Positions 55,928 to 64,000 of a DNA stretch of 64,000 bases are shown piece by piece (positions within the stretch are counted from its first letter, which is position 1; the number at the start of each line of letters is the position of its first letter). Under the pieces are notes generated by a model that was not told the origin of the DNA, ran no database searches, and saw only the letters and a program-made list of their open reading frames with translations. Source of the stretch: an uncultured Chitinophagales bacterium (GTDB lineage: Bacteria > Bacteroidota > Rhodothermia > Balneolales > DATFMH01); assembly GCA_964572735.1 (NCBI GenBank), contig CAZNHE010000007.1, positions 7,492 to 71,491 of the forward strand, read 5' to 3'. The translations under genes and the position numbers were made by a program.

Positions 55928-57307
55928 ATGTCAGGCAAATCATCATTAATCAGCATAAACCCGTCGACCGGTGAAAAACTGAAAGAATATAATGAAATGA
56001 GCGAAACGGAGCTTGATGCTGTGCTGACGGAGGTGAGCAGGCGGCAGCAGGAATGGCGGGAGGTATCTGTAATCCGTCGGGCCGGTATTCTCAGGAAGGT
56101 CGCTTCCCGCCTGCGTGAGAAATCCGGAGATTTAGCGGAAATCATGGGCGTGGAAATGGGGAAACCGCTCGCCCAGGGAATCTCGGAGGCGGAAAAATGT
56201 GCGTGGGCGTGTGAATATTATGCGGAGAATGCCGGGACAATGCTTCGGGATACCCCGGTTTCCACAGATGCCCGCGAGAGCTTCGTACATTACGAACCGT
56301 TGGGCGTGGTACTGGCCGTTATGCCCTGGAATTTTCCATTCTGGCAGGTGTTTCGTTTTGCTGCTCCGGCCTTAATGGCCGGCAATGGTGCCGTGCTGAA
56401 GCACTCGGCGAATGTTACAGGATGCGCGATTGCCATTGAGGAACTTTTCAGAGAGGCAGGATTACCGGACAACCTGTTTAGGAGCTTATTGGCCGGAAGA
56501 GAGCGGACGGACTATGTGATCGGGCATCCGCGAATTGCCGCTGTGACACTCACCGGGAGTACGCGCGCGGGGAAAAGCATCGCTGCGAGAGCAGGCGGCC
56601 TGCTCAAAAAAACCGTGCTGGAACTTGGGGGAAGCGATCCTTACCTCGTGCTTGCAGACGCCGATCTCGATAGGACCGTTGCAACGTGCGTGGCGGCCCG
56701 CCTGGTAAACAGCGGCCAGAGCTGTATCGCAGCCAAACGTTTCATTGTTGTGAAAGATTTGTACGAAGCATTCGTGGAGGGAATGACGGAGATGATGAAA
56801 AAGCAGAAGATGGGGGCGTATAACGAAGACGGTATTGATCTGGGGCCGCAGGCGCGGGAGGATCTTCGTTCAGATCTTCATCGCCAGGTATCGGAGAGTG
56901 TGGATCAGGGAGCGCGACTTATACTCGGAGGAGAAATTCCTTCGGGCACGGGATTCTTTTACCCCCCGACCGTACTTGCAGACGTACGGAAAGGCATGCC
57001 CGCTTTTGATGAGGAGACATTTGGTCCGGTAGCCGCCATCATCAGGGCGGAAGATGAGGAAGACGCCATCGCTCTTGCCAACGACACAAGCTACGGACTG
57101 GGCGCTGCCGTATTCATCGGCGACGTGGAGCGCGGCCGGTTTATCGCCGCGCACCGCCTGCATGCCGGCAGCTGCTTCGTGAACGATTTCGTCCGGTCCG
57201 ATCCCAGGCTTCCTTTTGGAGGTATAAAGGATTCAGGCTACGGGCGCGAGTTGTCCTCTTTCGGAATCCATGAGTTCGTGAATATCAAAACGGTATATGT
57301 CGCCTGA
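55928..57307 (+). CDS. NAD(P)-dependent aldehyde dehydrogenase, succinate-semialdehyde dehydrogenase-like
   Basis: INPSTGE start, WNFPFWQV, the ELGGSDP (catalytic Glu) and GQSCIAAKR (catalytic Cys) blocks, and a length of 459 aa. Confidence 0.8.
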   Translation: MSGKSSLISINPSTGEKLKEYNEMSETELDAVLTEVSRRQQEWREVSVIRRAGILRKVASRLREKSGDLAEIMGVEMGKPLAQGISEAEKCAWACEYYAENAGTMLRDTPVSTDARESFVHYEPLGVVLAVMPWNFPFWQVFRFAAPALMAGNGAVLKHSANVTGCAIAIEELFREAGLPDNLFRSLLAGRERTDYVIGHPRIAAVTLTGSTRAGKSIAARAGGLLKKTVLELGGSDPYLVLADADLDRTVATCVAARLVNSGQSCIAAKRFIVVKDLYEAFVEGMTEMMKKQKMGAYNEDGIDLGPQAREDLRSDLHRQVSESVDQGARLILGGEIPSGTGFFYPPTVLADVRKGMPAFDEETFGPVAAIIRAEDEEDAIALANDTSYGLGAAVFIGDVERGRFIAAHRLHAGSCFVNDFVRSDPRLPFGGIKDSGYGRELSSFGIHEFVNIKTVYVA

Positions 57308-57497
57308 GTCCCCAATCATGAACTTGACCGGTTAACAGACTTCGCAAACCTCTCTCGTGTTCGTTGTACAGACTATCTGCATTTTGTACAAGAAGGAATG
57401 CCTTGAATCCATCACCGTCTTTTTGTGCGGATCCGTCTTCAGCCCCAATTGACATATGTATAAAACATGTGTATTATGTGGATAAACAAGAATTCCT

Positions 57498-58553
57498 ATG
57501 CAACAATCGCTTCCCATTCGCGGGCGGGGTTCATCCGATAACCCTCAGAACAGGTTCGAAGGGTATTACTTCGAGCCTGATCGTGATGAAACGGCCGAAG
57601 ACCCCCGGCCCGATACACATTATATTCGCGACGATTCCGATCACATCATCAGCTATAATAAGAGTCCGGATGTGGGATTCGGCGCAAGCGTCAATCCTTA
57701 CAGGGGATGTGAGCACGGCTGTATTTACTGCTATGCCCGCCCGACCCACGAATACCTCGGCTTTTCATCAGGGCTCGATTTCGAGACGCGTATCATGGTA
57801 AAGCACAATGCACCTGAGTTATTGCGGCATGAACTTGCAAAACCCTCGTGGAAGCCGCAGGTTTTGGTGATGAGTGGAGTCACCGATCCTTTTCAGCCTG
57901 TCGAACGCCGGCTCGGACTCACGCGGAGGTGCCTGAGTGTCCTGGCCGAATGCCGGAACCCGGTCGGCATCATCACAAAAAATTTTCTGGTCACCCGCGA
58001 TATTGATGTGCTAAGCGAACTGGCCCGCTGGAATGCAGCGAGTGTGTGTCTCTCCATCACCACACTCGATCCTGCACTGGTGAAGGTCATGGAACCCAGG
58101 ACTTCACGACCTGAGCGGAGGCTGGAGGCGGTCAGACGTCTTGCCGAAGCCGGTATACCGGTAAGTGTCAATGTGGCGCCTGTCATCCCCGGACTAACCG
58201 ATCACGAAATGCCGGCTATCCTCCGGAAAGCAGCGGAAGCAGGGGCCCGGTCGGCGGGATTTGTGCCTGTGCGGCTTCCTTATGCGGTCTCGGAGTTGTT
58301 TGCCAGGTGGCTGGAAGATCATTTCCCCGATCGAAAGGACAAGGTATTAAACAGGATCAGGGATATGAGGGGTGGAAAACTTAATAATAGTGATTTTGGG
58401 AAGCGCATGAGAGGAGAAGGCAACTTTATCGATCAGATTCGCCAGACCTTCCAGATTCATTGCCGCCGTCTCGGTCTGAACAAAGAGCACACCGGCCTCA
58501 CCACCGAACATTTCCGCCGCCCGTCGATAAACGGGCAGCTACAGATGTTTTAA
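57498..58553 (+). CDS. PA0069-family radical SAM protein
   Basis: N-terminus RGRGSSDNPQNRFE and the cluster motif CEHGCIYCYA. Confidence 0.85.
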   Translation: MQQSLPIRGRGSSDNPQNRFEGYYFEPDRDETAEDPRPDTHYIRDDSDHIISYNKSPDVGFGASVNPYRGCEHGCIYCYARPTHEYLGFSSGLDFETRIMVKHNAPELLRHELAKPSWKPQVLVMSGVTDPFQPVERRLGLTRRCLSVLAECRNPVGIITKNFLVTRDIDVLSELARWNAASVCLSITTLDPALVKVMEPRTSRPERRLEAVRRLAEAGIPVSVNVAPVIPGLTDHEMPAILRKAAEAGARSAGFVPVRLPYAVSELFARWLEDHFPDRKDKVLNRIRDMRGGKLNNSDFGKRMRGEGNFIDQIRQTFQIHCRRLGLNKEHTGLTTEHFRRPSINGQLQMF

Positions 58554-58950
58554 GGAGAAGCGGACCTTTTCCGGTTGTCATGGAGGGATCGTTAAACCGT
58601 CGGCCGTCGGCAATGAAAAACCACGAGGCCTGTCGGCCCCATAAAACAAGGGTTTGTTCATACTTTTCATCCTCGTTATGCGTTACTAATTTATACAGAA
58701 TAGAAACACCTGCACAGAAATTATCAGAATTTTTGTTGCAGATTTTGGAAGAATTGCATCTACGTTCGTAAGTGCCGGGCCCTGCGGAGCTTAGGCAATG
58801 ATGTAACGATAGCAGATATTTTTTCCGTAAAAGGGGAATGGAACCCTTTTCCCCTTTGTTGCCCAAACTGAACCCATGGAGCAAACGTCTGTTATTTAAA
58901 AGTGGGAACATAAATTACCTGCCTGAAACCCAAGACCGAGCGGAGCAATT

Positions 58951-59202
58951 ATGGCTGCAATTATTCATTTAGGACATATCCGATCACCCGAAAAGTTGCT
59001 GGAAAGTAAAAGCAAAATCAAAAAACCGGCGATGCATAAGCAGGCCAAATTGCCGAAGGATAAGACTTCGGAAGATATGGCCGTCGAGAAATTAAAATTT
59101 TACATCTCGAGGAATGTCAAAATCCGGAGTCCATTGCACATGCGGAAGCCTTCTTCTGCTGAGGAATGGGCCAATGAGAAGATTCAAAAGTATCAAAAAT
59201 GA
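58951..59202 (+). CDS. Small basic hypothetical protein (83 aa)
   Basis: A Lys-rich ORF followed 32 nt later by a textbook intrinsic terminator. No family is recognised, so coding status is uncertain. Confidence 0.35.
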   Translation: MAAIIHLGHIRSPEKLLESKSKIKKPAMHKQAKLPKDKTSEDMAVEKLKFYISRNVKIRSPLHMRKPSSAEEWANEKIQKYQK

Positions 59203-59233
59203 TCTCGTCTTTCGATGAGAAGTGAAAATAGTG

Positions 59234-59267
59234 AGTCATACGCCTAAAAAGCGTATGACTTTTTTTA
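59234..59267 (+). terminator. Rho-independent terminator
   Basis: AGTCATACGC-CTAAAAA-GCGTATGACT forms a perfect 10-bp stem, followed by TTTTTTT. Confidence 0.75.
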
Positions 59268-59360
59268 TATTAGAGCTTCTTCAGTAGCGGCAAACGGAAC
59301 CGCCGTCTGTAAAGCAACTATTGCCGCAGCCGCGAAATCAGGAGCATTGTTTAGTGTAAT

Positions 59361-59852
59361 ATGAGGACAACAACAGCTGAAAAAAGAGAAGTAGTCAATC
59401 GGGTCTATTTACAGCTCCCGTTGCGCAAATCGCGCTACAATCCTAAAGTGATGCAGATTTTTTATGCTGTGCTGGGGTTGTTCTGGATAGGTTCGGGGAT
59501 TTCATTCTTCTTTGCCAGACCGGTAGATTCTCCGATGATGCCGGTTCTTTATCTTGCCATCGGTGCGGGAATGTTGCTCCTTGCCTATAACTACGAATCG
59601 TTGTTCTCGGGCCGGTACGTTGAGTCCAGGGGCGAAGGGATGATCATCAAACTGGGCTTCCGCAGGCCGGTTTTCGTCAGGTGGGAAGAGATAGATAAGG
59701 TGCAGCTTGATGACCACCATTTTTCGGTGATTCGACGGGATGGGAGTGAACAACATTGGAAGATCAACCGGAGGGCCATGTACAACTGGTCCGAATTCAT
59801 CCGGTCTCTTGAGAAAACCCTTGCCGAAAAAGATGTGGCCTTCTCTTTCTGA
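59361..59852 (+). CDS. Hypothetical membrane protein (2 TM + small soluble domain)
   Basis: Two clear hydrophobic helices (IFYAVLGLFWIGSGISFFF and VLYLAIGAGMLLLAY) are followed by a soluble tail of about 80 aa. No family is recognised. Confidence 0.5.
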   Translation: MRTTTAEKREVVNRVYLQLPLRKSRYNPKVMQIFYAVLGLFWIGSGISFFFARPVDSPMMPVLYLAIGAGMLLLAYNYESLFSGRYVESRGEGMIIKLGFRRPVFVRWEEIDKVQLDDHHFSVIRRDGSEQHWKINRRAMYNWSEFIRSLEKTLAEKDVAFSF

Positions 59853-62349
59853 ACAGCGGCCTGCCGTCTGCTGTGAGAAATTCATCGGCGCGGGATTAAT
59901 CTTCATAATATTCATCATCTCCGGTTTTTCCGGTTCTTTTGCCATGACTGCCGGTCCGGCCGATTCATTAGTGTTGCACGCCAATAAGGGCGATCATCTT
60001 TTCCACTTCAGCGACAAAGAGGGCAGCTTCTATGTCGGGGAGACCAAAGGAACGACGACGCATTTCCTGATGGGGTTTATAGCCTATCGTGAACAGCTTT
60101 TTGCCGATTACAGCCTGTCGGTCAACGGCCGTGAGTGCAAAAGGGATGCTCCCGGTACACAGGTTGCTCTCCTGCCGTGGCTGTTGCAGCGCAATTATGA
60201 AGACGGCATCCGGGAGTCGGTTTTTATGCCCGACCATCAGGATGCCGTGGCGATTCGGGTGGAAGGAGATGAATTGCGAAAGATCACGTTACGACTGCTG
60301 GGGCATCGCTTCGAGAGGATTCTGAATGTCGATGCCACACAGATTCCCAATAAGGTGGAAATTCTGCTTAATACGGCGGTAAATCCGTATTTAACCGTTG
60401 CAACTTCCGGAAAAGTCACCGGCGCGCGGCTCACCTCTGAAGGATTATTTATCGAAACAGCCGCCGGGGGGACCGGGGCGGGAAAGGAGGAAGATGAAGT
60501 CGCCCGAAGATTGTTCGTCGCAGGAGCAGGAGCTTCCCGCAGGAAATCGGAGAAGGCAGCCGTTCAGGTGCTTTCTGGTTATGACGGATTCCTCCGGGAG
60601 AAAAAGGAGCGTCTGAAGGAACTGGTAAGCCGTTCTCCGTTCACCACGTCGGACTCTGCGATAAATAAAGCTCTTGCCTGGGCCGTTTGTTCTTTCGACG
60701 CCCTTAATATGGATGAAAAAGAAACCCGCCTGGGAAAGGGGATTTATGCCGGCTATCCCTGGTTTCAGGATTATTGGGGCCGGGACTCCTTCATCGCCCT
60801 GCGTGCACTTATTGTCACCGGGCGGTTTCAGCTCGCCAAAACAAACCTCTGGTCTTTCCTGCAACACCAGGAGATGAATGAGGAGAACCCCGATTATGGC
60901 AAGATTCCGAACCTGGTTCTTCCTGACAGCCAGCTTTACAATACCGCCGACGCCACGCCTCGTTTCCTGATCGAAGCACAACGGTATATCGCATATTCTG
61001 CCGACAGTGCTTTTGCACGGGAAATATTTCCGCACGTGAAGGCAGCCATCCTGGGTACGCTCAGGTACCGTACGGACAGCCTTGGATTTATTACTCACGG
61101 GCCCGCCGATACCTGGATGGATGCCGTGGGACCCGACGGACCCTATTCGCCGCGCGGCAATCGCGCCAATGATGTCCAGGCACTTTGGATCAGGGCCCTG
61201 CAAAGCACCCTACAATTGTGCCAGGAAGCCGGCGATGACGACGCCGGAAAACTGGCCGCGAAAGTGTACCAGGTGTTACAAAAAGTAAAAAAGGAATTCA
61301 ATGTTCATTATATCAACCGGGACATGAGCGGGAATCAGCCGGTTATCTTTGATGCACTGCATGCCGATGGGGAGCCTTCGGAGCAGCTCCGGCCGAACGG
61401 ACTTTATTGTCTGGATGCAGTCTCCCGAACAGAAGTGCGCAAGAGGGCTCTGCTGCAAATATTCGATCATCTCGCCACTCCGTATGGGCTGATGTCTCTT
61501 GATCCGGAAGACGCCCGCTTCCATCCGTTCCACCAGTTTGAGCCGGTTTATGAGCAGGACGCCGCCTACCACAACGGGATTATCTGGTTATGGAACAGCG
61601 GAGAAGCGGTTGATCAGATGGCTCGTCGCTTTCTGCAGGACCGGATTTATCCCGTCACGAAAAATTATGCTTATCTCATCCTTCATGGAGTTTCTCTGGG
61701 AAGCCTGCCCGAACTCCTGGATGCCGTTCCGCGTGCCACCGAATATGCGCAGCAATATCCCGATTCCAATTCTTTTGATGGGTTGGCGCGTTTTGATCAG
61801 ATGAACATCCGCAATGCGGCGGATCTTGACAGAAACCGTGTTCCTGCAGCTTCCGGAACTTTTTCTCAGGCCTGGTCGCTCTCGGAATTTATACGGAGCT
61901 TTTACGAGAGTTATGCAGGAATTCATTACCGGCCGGAAACGGGGTTTTGGCTGCAACCGGCGATTCCGTCAGCGTGGAATTACCTGTCGGTTGAGTCGCA
62001 GGCAGGGGTTTTGCATCTGAAAATGACGGCAGACACTCCGGACTCCCGGGAGGTGCAATACGATCTGGAAATCAGGAACAAAGGTGATCACCCTGTAAAA
62101 CTGCCTTTTCAGGATAAGTTTATGAAAGAACGCGTCATCCTGACGGCTGCTCCCGGTCTGAGCCATTATACGATTACGAGTTCGAAAGATAGTATCCGGA
62201 TCCGTTGCAATGGAAAATCTGTCACGCCCGGTTATAAACCCTCTTCGCTTGTCAATGCCTGGCAGTCGGCATACGCGCAGAAATTCCATTTTCATGACGT
62301 CACGAACATTCAGATAAAAGGCAGGGATTACTATTCCCAAACTCATTAA
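59833..62349 (+). CDS. Amylo-alpha-1,6-glucosidase / glycogen-debranching-enzyme C-terminal (GDE_C, six-hairpin) family protein
   Basis: AGYPWFQDYWGRDSFIALRAL and the YHNGIIWLW-type blocks are typical of GDE_C proteins. The start is uncertain. ATG 59833 gives an N-terminal hydrophobic anchor/signal, while ATG 59944 gives a soluble protein. Confidence 0.75.
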   Translation: MWPSLSEQRPAVCCEKFIGAGLIFIIFIISGFSGSFAMTAGPADSLVLHANKGDHLFHFSDKEGSFYVGETKGTTTHFLMGFIAYREQLFADYSLSVNGRECKRDAPGTQVALLPWLLQRNYEDGIRESVFMPDHQDAVAIRVEGDELRKITLRLLGHRFERILNVDATQIPNKVEILLNTAVNPYLTVATSGKVTGARLTSEGLFIETAAGGTGAGKEEDEVARRLFVAGAGASRRKSEKAAVQVLSGYDGFLREKKERLKELVSRSPFTTSDSAINKALAWAVCSFDALNMDEKETRLGKGIYAGYPWFQDYWGRDSFIALRALIVTGRFQLAKTNLWSFLQHQEMNEENPDYGKIPNLVLPDSQLYNTADATPRFLIEAQRYIAYSADSAFAREIFPHVKAAILGTLRYRTDSLGFITHGPADTWMDAVGPDGPYSPRGNRANDVQALWIRALQSTLQLCQEAGDDDAGKLAAKVYQVLQKVKKEFNVHYINRDMSGNQPVIFDALHADGEPSEQLRPNGLYCLDAVSRTEVRKRALLQIFDHLATPYGLMSLDPEDARFHPFHQFEPVYEQDAAYHNGIIWLWNSGEAVDQMARRFLQDRIYPVTKNYAYLILHGVSLGSLPELLDAVPRATEYAQQYPDSNSFDGLARFDQMNIRNAADLDRNRVPAASGTFSQAWSLSEFIRSFYESYAGIHYRPETGFWLQPAIPSAWNYLSVESQAGVLHLKMTADTPDSREVQYDLEIRNKGDHPVKLPFQDKFMKERVILTAAPGLSHYTITSSKDSIRIRCNGKSVTPGYKPSSLVNAWQSAYAQKFHFHDVTNIQIKGRDYYSQTH

Positions 62350-62367
62350 GGATATGAACCAGGATAT

Positions 62368-62415
62368 TGCAGGATGAAAACAGGATTTCCACGATTTTTC
62401 CGGAATCATCCTGCA
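62368..62415. repeat. 10-bp perfect inverted repeat TGCAGGATGA / TCATCCTGCA with 28-nt spacer, within an array of CAGGAT/ATCCTG hexamers
   Basis: Read directly. It lies in the convergent gap between the GDE-family gene and sucA, so it may act as a terminator. Confidence 0.6.
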
Positions 62416-62449
62416 GATCCGGATAATCTCCAAAATCCTGATTCTCTCT

Positions 62450-64000
62450 TTAATGCAACGCCCTTCTCACCAGTTCTTCCTGCTCCAAAGCGTGGATTTT
62501 GAATGTTCCTGTTGCAGTAGCAGCCGAGGCCGGCCGGCCCACATATCTGAGGTGTTGCTTACCCTGCAATTCGTTTTCCAGAAGCAGTCGTACAAAATGC
62601 CATCCGCCCTGGTTATGAGGTTCTTCCTGGCACCACACGATCTCTTCGACCGTTTTGTAATGTTTGAACAGGTTCCGGATATCGCGGTCGGGGAAGGGAT
62701 AGAATTGTTCCAGCCGGACAATCGCAACATCCTTGATCTTTTCATCACGGCGGGCTTTGTACAGATCGTAATACACCTTGCCGGAGCAGACAATAAGGCG
62801 TTTTATTGTTTTTGGATCGTTGAATTCGGTATCCGGAATGATCTCCTGAAAACGTCCGTTTGCCAGTTCCTCAATACTGTTTACTGCCTGGGGATGCCGC
62901 AACAGGCTCTTGGGAGTGATCAAAACCAACGGCTTCTTCCTTTTCTGCAGTGCCTGCCGGCGCAAGATGTGAAAATACTGACACGGCGTGGTACAGTTGG
63001 CTACCTGGAGATTATCCTCGGCACAGAGCTGCAGAAAACGCTCCAGGCGTGCAGAGGAATGCTCCGGTCCCTGCCCCTCGTAACCGTGTGGAAGCAGCAT
63101 GACAAGATTGTTCTTTTGTCCCCATTTGGCCTCTCCGGAGGCAATGAAATTATCCGTGATGACCTGAGCCGCGTTTGAAAAGTCGCCGAACTGCGCCTCC
63201 CAGATGACCAGGTCGTCCAGGGCGGCAGAACTGTAGCCGTATTCAAAGCCAAGTACCGCAAATTCGCTTAACAGGCTGTTGTAAACATAATAAGTACCCT
63301 GCTCACCGTTCAGATGATTGAGCGGAACGAATTTTTGAGAGGTATCGGCACTGTGCAGCACGGAATGTCTTTGCGAGAAGGTGCCCCGTTCTACATCCTG
63401 CCCTGTCAGGCGAATATTATAGCCGCTCTTTAGCAGGCTGCCAAAGGAGAGAGCTTCGGCAAATCCCCATTCTATTTTCTTCTGATTCTTCGTGAGAACC
63501 TCATGACGTTTGGCCAGGATCCGCAAAAGCTTCGGGTTTGCATCAAACCCTTTTGGAACCGTGAGGATTCCTCTTCCTACTTTCCGCAGATCCTCAAGGG
63601 GATACCGTGTGTCCGGCGGCTTCGTCCTCTGGCTTTGTGGAGTCGATTTGCGGTCGAGTTGCTTTTCAGTGATCTCAAGGTTAGGGGCATTTTTAGCCTC
63701 CTCGAAGGCTCGTTCAAGCATATCCCCAAATTCTTTGAAAATCTGCAGGGCCTCTTCTTCCGAGAGATCTTTTTTACGGATCAGTTCTTTCAGATAGATA
63801 TCCCTGGCCGGCTTATGATCATTGATTTCTTTATACAAGCCGGGTTGGGTGAAGGCCGGTTCATCACCTTCGTTGTGGCCGTACTTGCGGTAACAAACCA
63901 GATCAATTACAACGTCCTTGCCGAATTTCTCGCGATATTCAAAGGCAATTCGCATGGTATGCACCGCTGCCTCGGGGTCGTCGCCATTCACATGAAAGAT
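62450..64000 (-). CDS. sucA: 2-oxoglutarate dehydrogenase E1 component (C-terminal ~515 codons; 5' end lies beyond the window)
   Basis: YRKYGHNEGDEP, GQDVERGTFSQRH, LLPHGYEGQGPEHSS and the C-terminus YVGRPASAATATG are SucA hallmarks. The reading frame stays open to the window edge. Confidence 0.9.
   Translation of the reverse strand: MFHVNGDDPEAAVHTMRIAFEYREKFGKDVVIDLVCYRKYGHNEGDEPAFTQPGLYKEINDHKPARDIYLKELIRKKDLSEEEALQIFKEFGDMLERAFEEAKNAPNLEITEKQLDRKSTPQSQRTKPPDTRYPLEDLRKVGRGILTVPKGFDANPKLLRILAKRHEVLTKNQKKIEWGFAEALSFGSLLKSGYNIRLTGQDVERGTFSQRHSVLHSADTSQKFVPLNHLNGEQGTYYVYNSLLSEFAVLGFEYGYSSAALDDLVIWEAQFGDFSNAAQVITDNFIASGEAKWGQKNNLVMLLPHGYEGQGPEHSSARLERFLQLCAEDNLQVANCTTPCQYFHILRRQALQKRKKPLVLITPKSLLRHPQAVNSIEELANGRFQEIIPDTEFNDPKTIKRLIVCSGKVYYDLYKARRDEKIKDVAIVRLEQFYPFPDRDIRNLFKHYKTVEEIVWCQEEPHNQGGWHFVRLLLENELQGKQHLRYVGRPASAATATGTFKIHALEQEELVRRALH

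Noticed and set aside
1-64000. A search for mobile elements, CRISPR arrays, rRNA, prophage or defence-system genes.
   Set aside because: I found no transposase, integrase or recombinase motifs, and no repeat-spacer periodicity. The only tandem arrays are the 7-nt and 6-nt leaders described above. There are no Cas-like, restriction-modification, abortive-infection or toxin-antitoxin signatures. The window looks like core chromosome.

Overview
This 64-kb window reads as conserved chromosomal backbone of a Gram-negative, FCB-group-like bacterium. That placement is an inference from four things: a type IX secretion C-terminal sorting domain at about 37.5-37.8 kb, a Bacteroidota-style BadF-kinase/MurQ/NamZ set, the DUF3109-rpoN pairing, and mostly Shine-Dalgarno-less starts. 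Coding is dense on both strands. I saw no transposase, integrase, phage, CRISPR, rRNA, toxin-antitoxin or recognisable defence genes.

Content in order:
- tRNA-Gly(CCC) followed by about 0.8 kb of non-coding DNA.
- A TetR-TolC-HlyD-2x ABC ATPase-2x ABC-2 permease efflux operon.
- An orphan VWA protein, then rnhB.
- A long minus-strand run: recA-recX-AI-2E transporter-LD-carboxypeptidase-purN-purH, then mreBCD-mrdA-rodA.
- A peptidoglycan-salvage neighbourhood: a 1028-aa amidase-family lipoprotein, BadF-type sugar kinase + murQ, nagZ, namZ and anmK. It is interrupted by a UbiA/GT-C pair, an MCP and a lipoprotein + BNR/T9SS cargo pair.
- DUF3109-rpoN.
- An Lrp regulator + unknown 507-aa membrane protein.
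- serS, an unknown 320-aa protein and a thioredoxin-like protein.
- argD-argC-argJ.
- Two tandem small secreted beta-sandwich paralogs next to an AT-rich gene-free island.
- A class-III aminotransferase, CDF transporter, succinate-semialdehyde-type ALDH, PA0069-type radical SAM protein and small unknowns.
- A GDE-family glucosidase and the 3' part of sucA, which runs off the window.

I did not find a convincing self-contained novel multi-gene system. The best leads are:
1. A polyprenyl-phosphate phosphoribosyltransferase-like UbiA + GT-C glycosyltransferase module inserted into the muropeptide-salvage cluster.
2. A perfect 8.6-copy heptanucleotide tandem repeat abutting the GTG start of anmK, with a degenerate hexamer-repeat leader before the GTG start of purH.
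3. An otherwise intact serS carrying one in-frame TAG.
4. An AT-rich island beside the duplicated small secreted proteins.
5. Several unusually long perfect palindromes in intergenic DNA.

All protein family calls come from motif recognition by eye, not from database searches.
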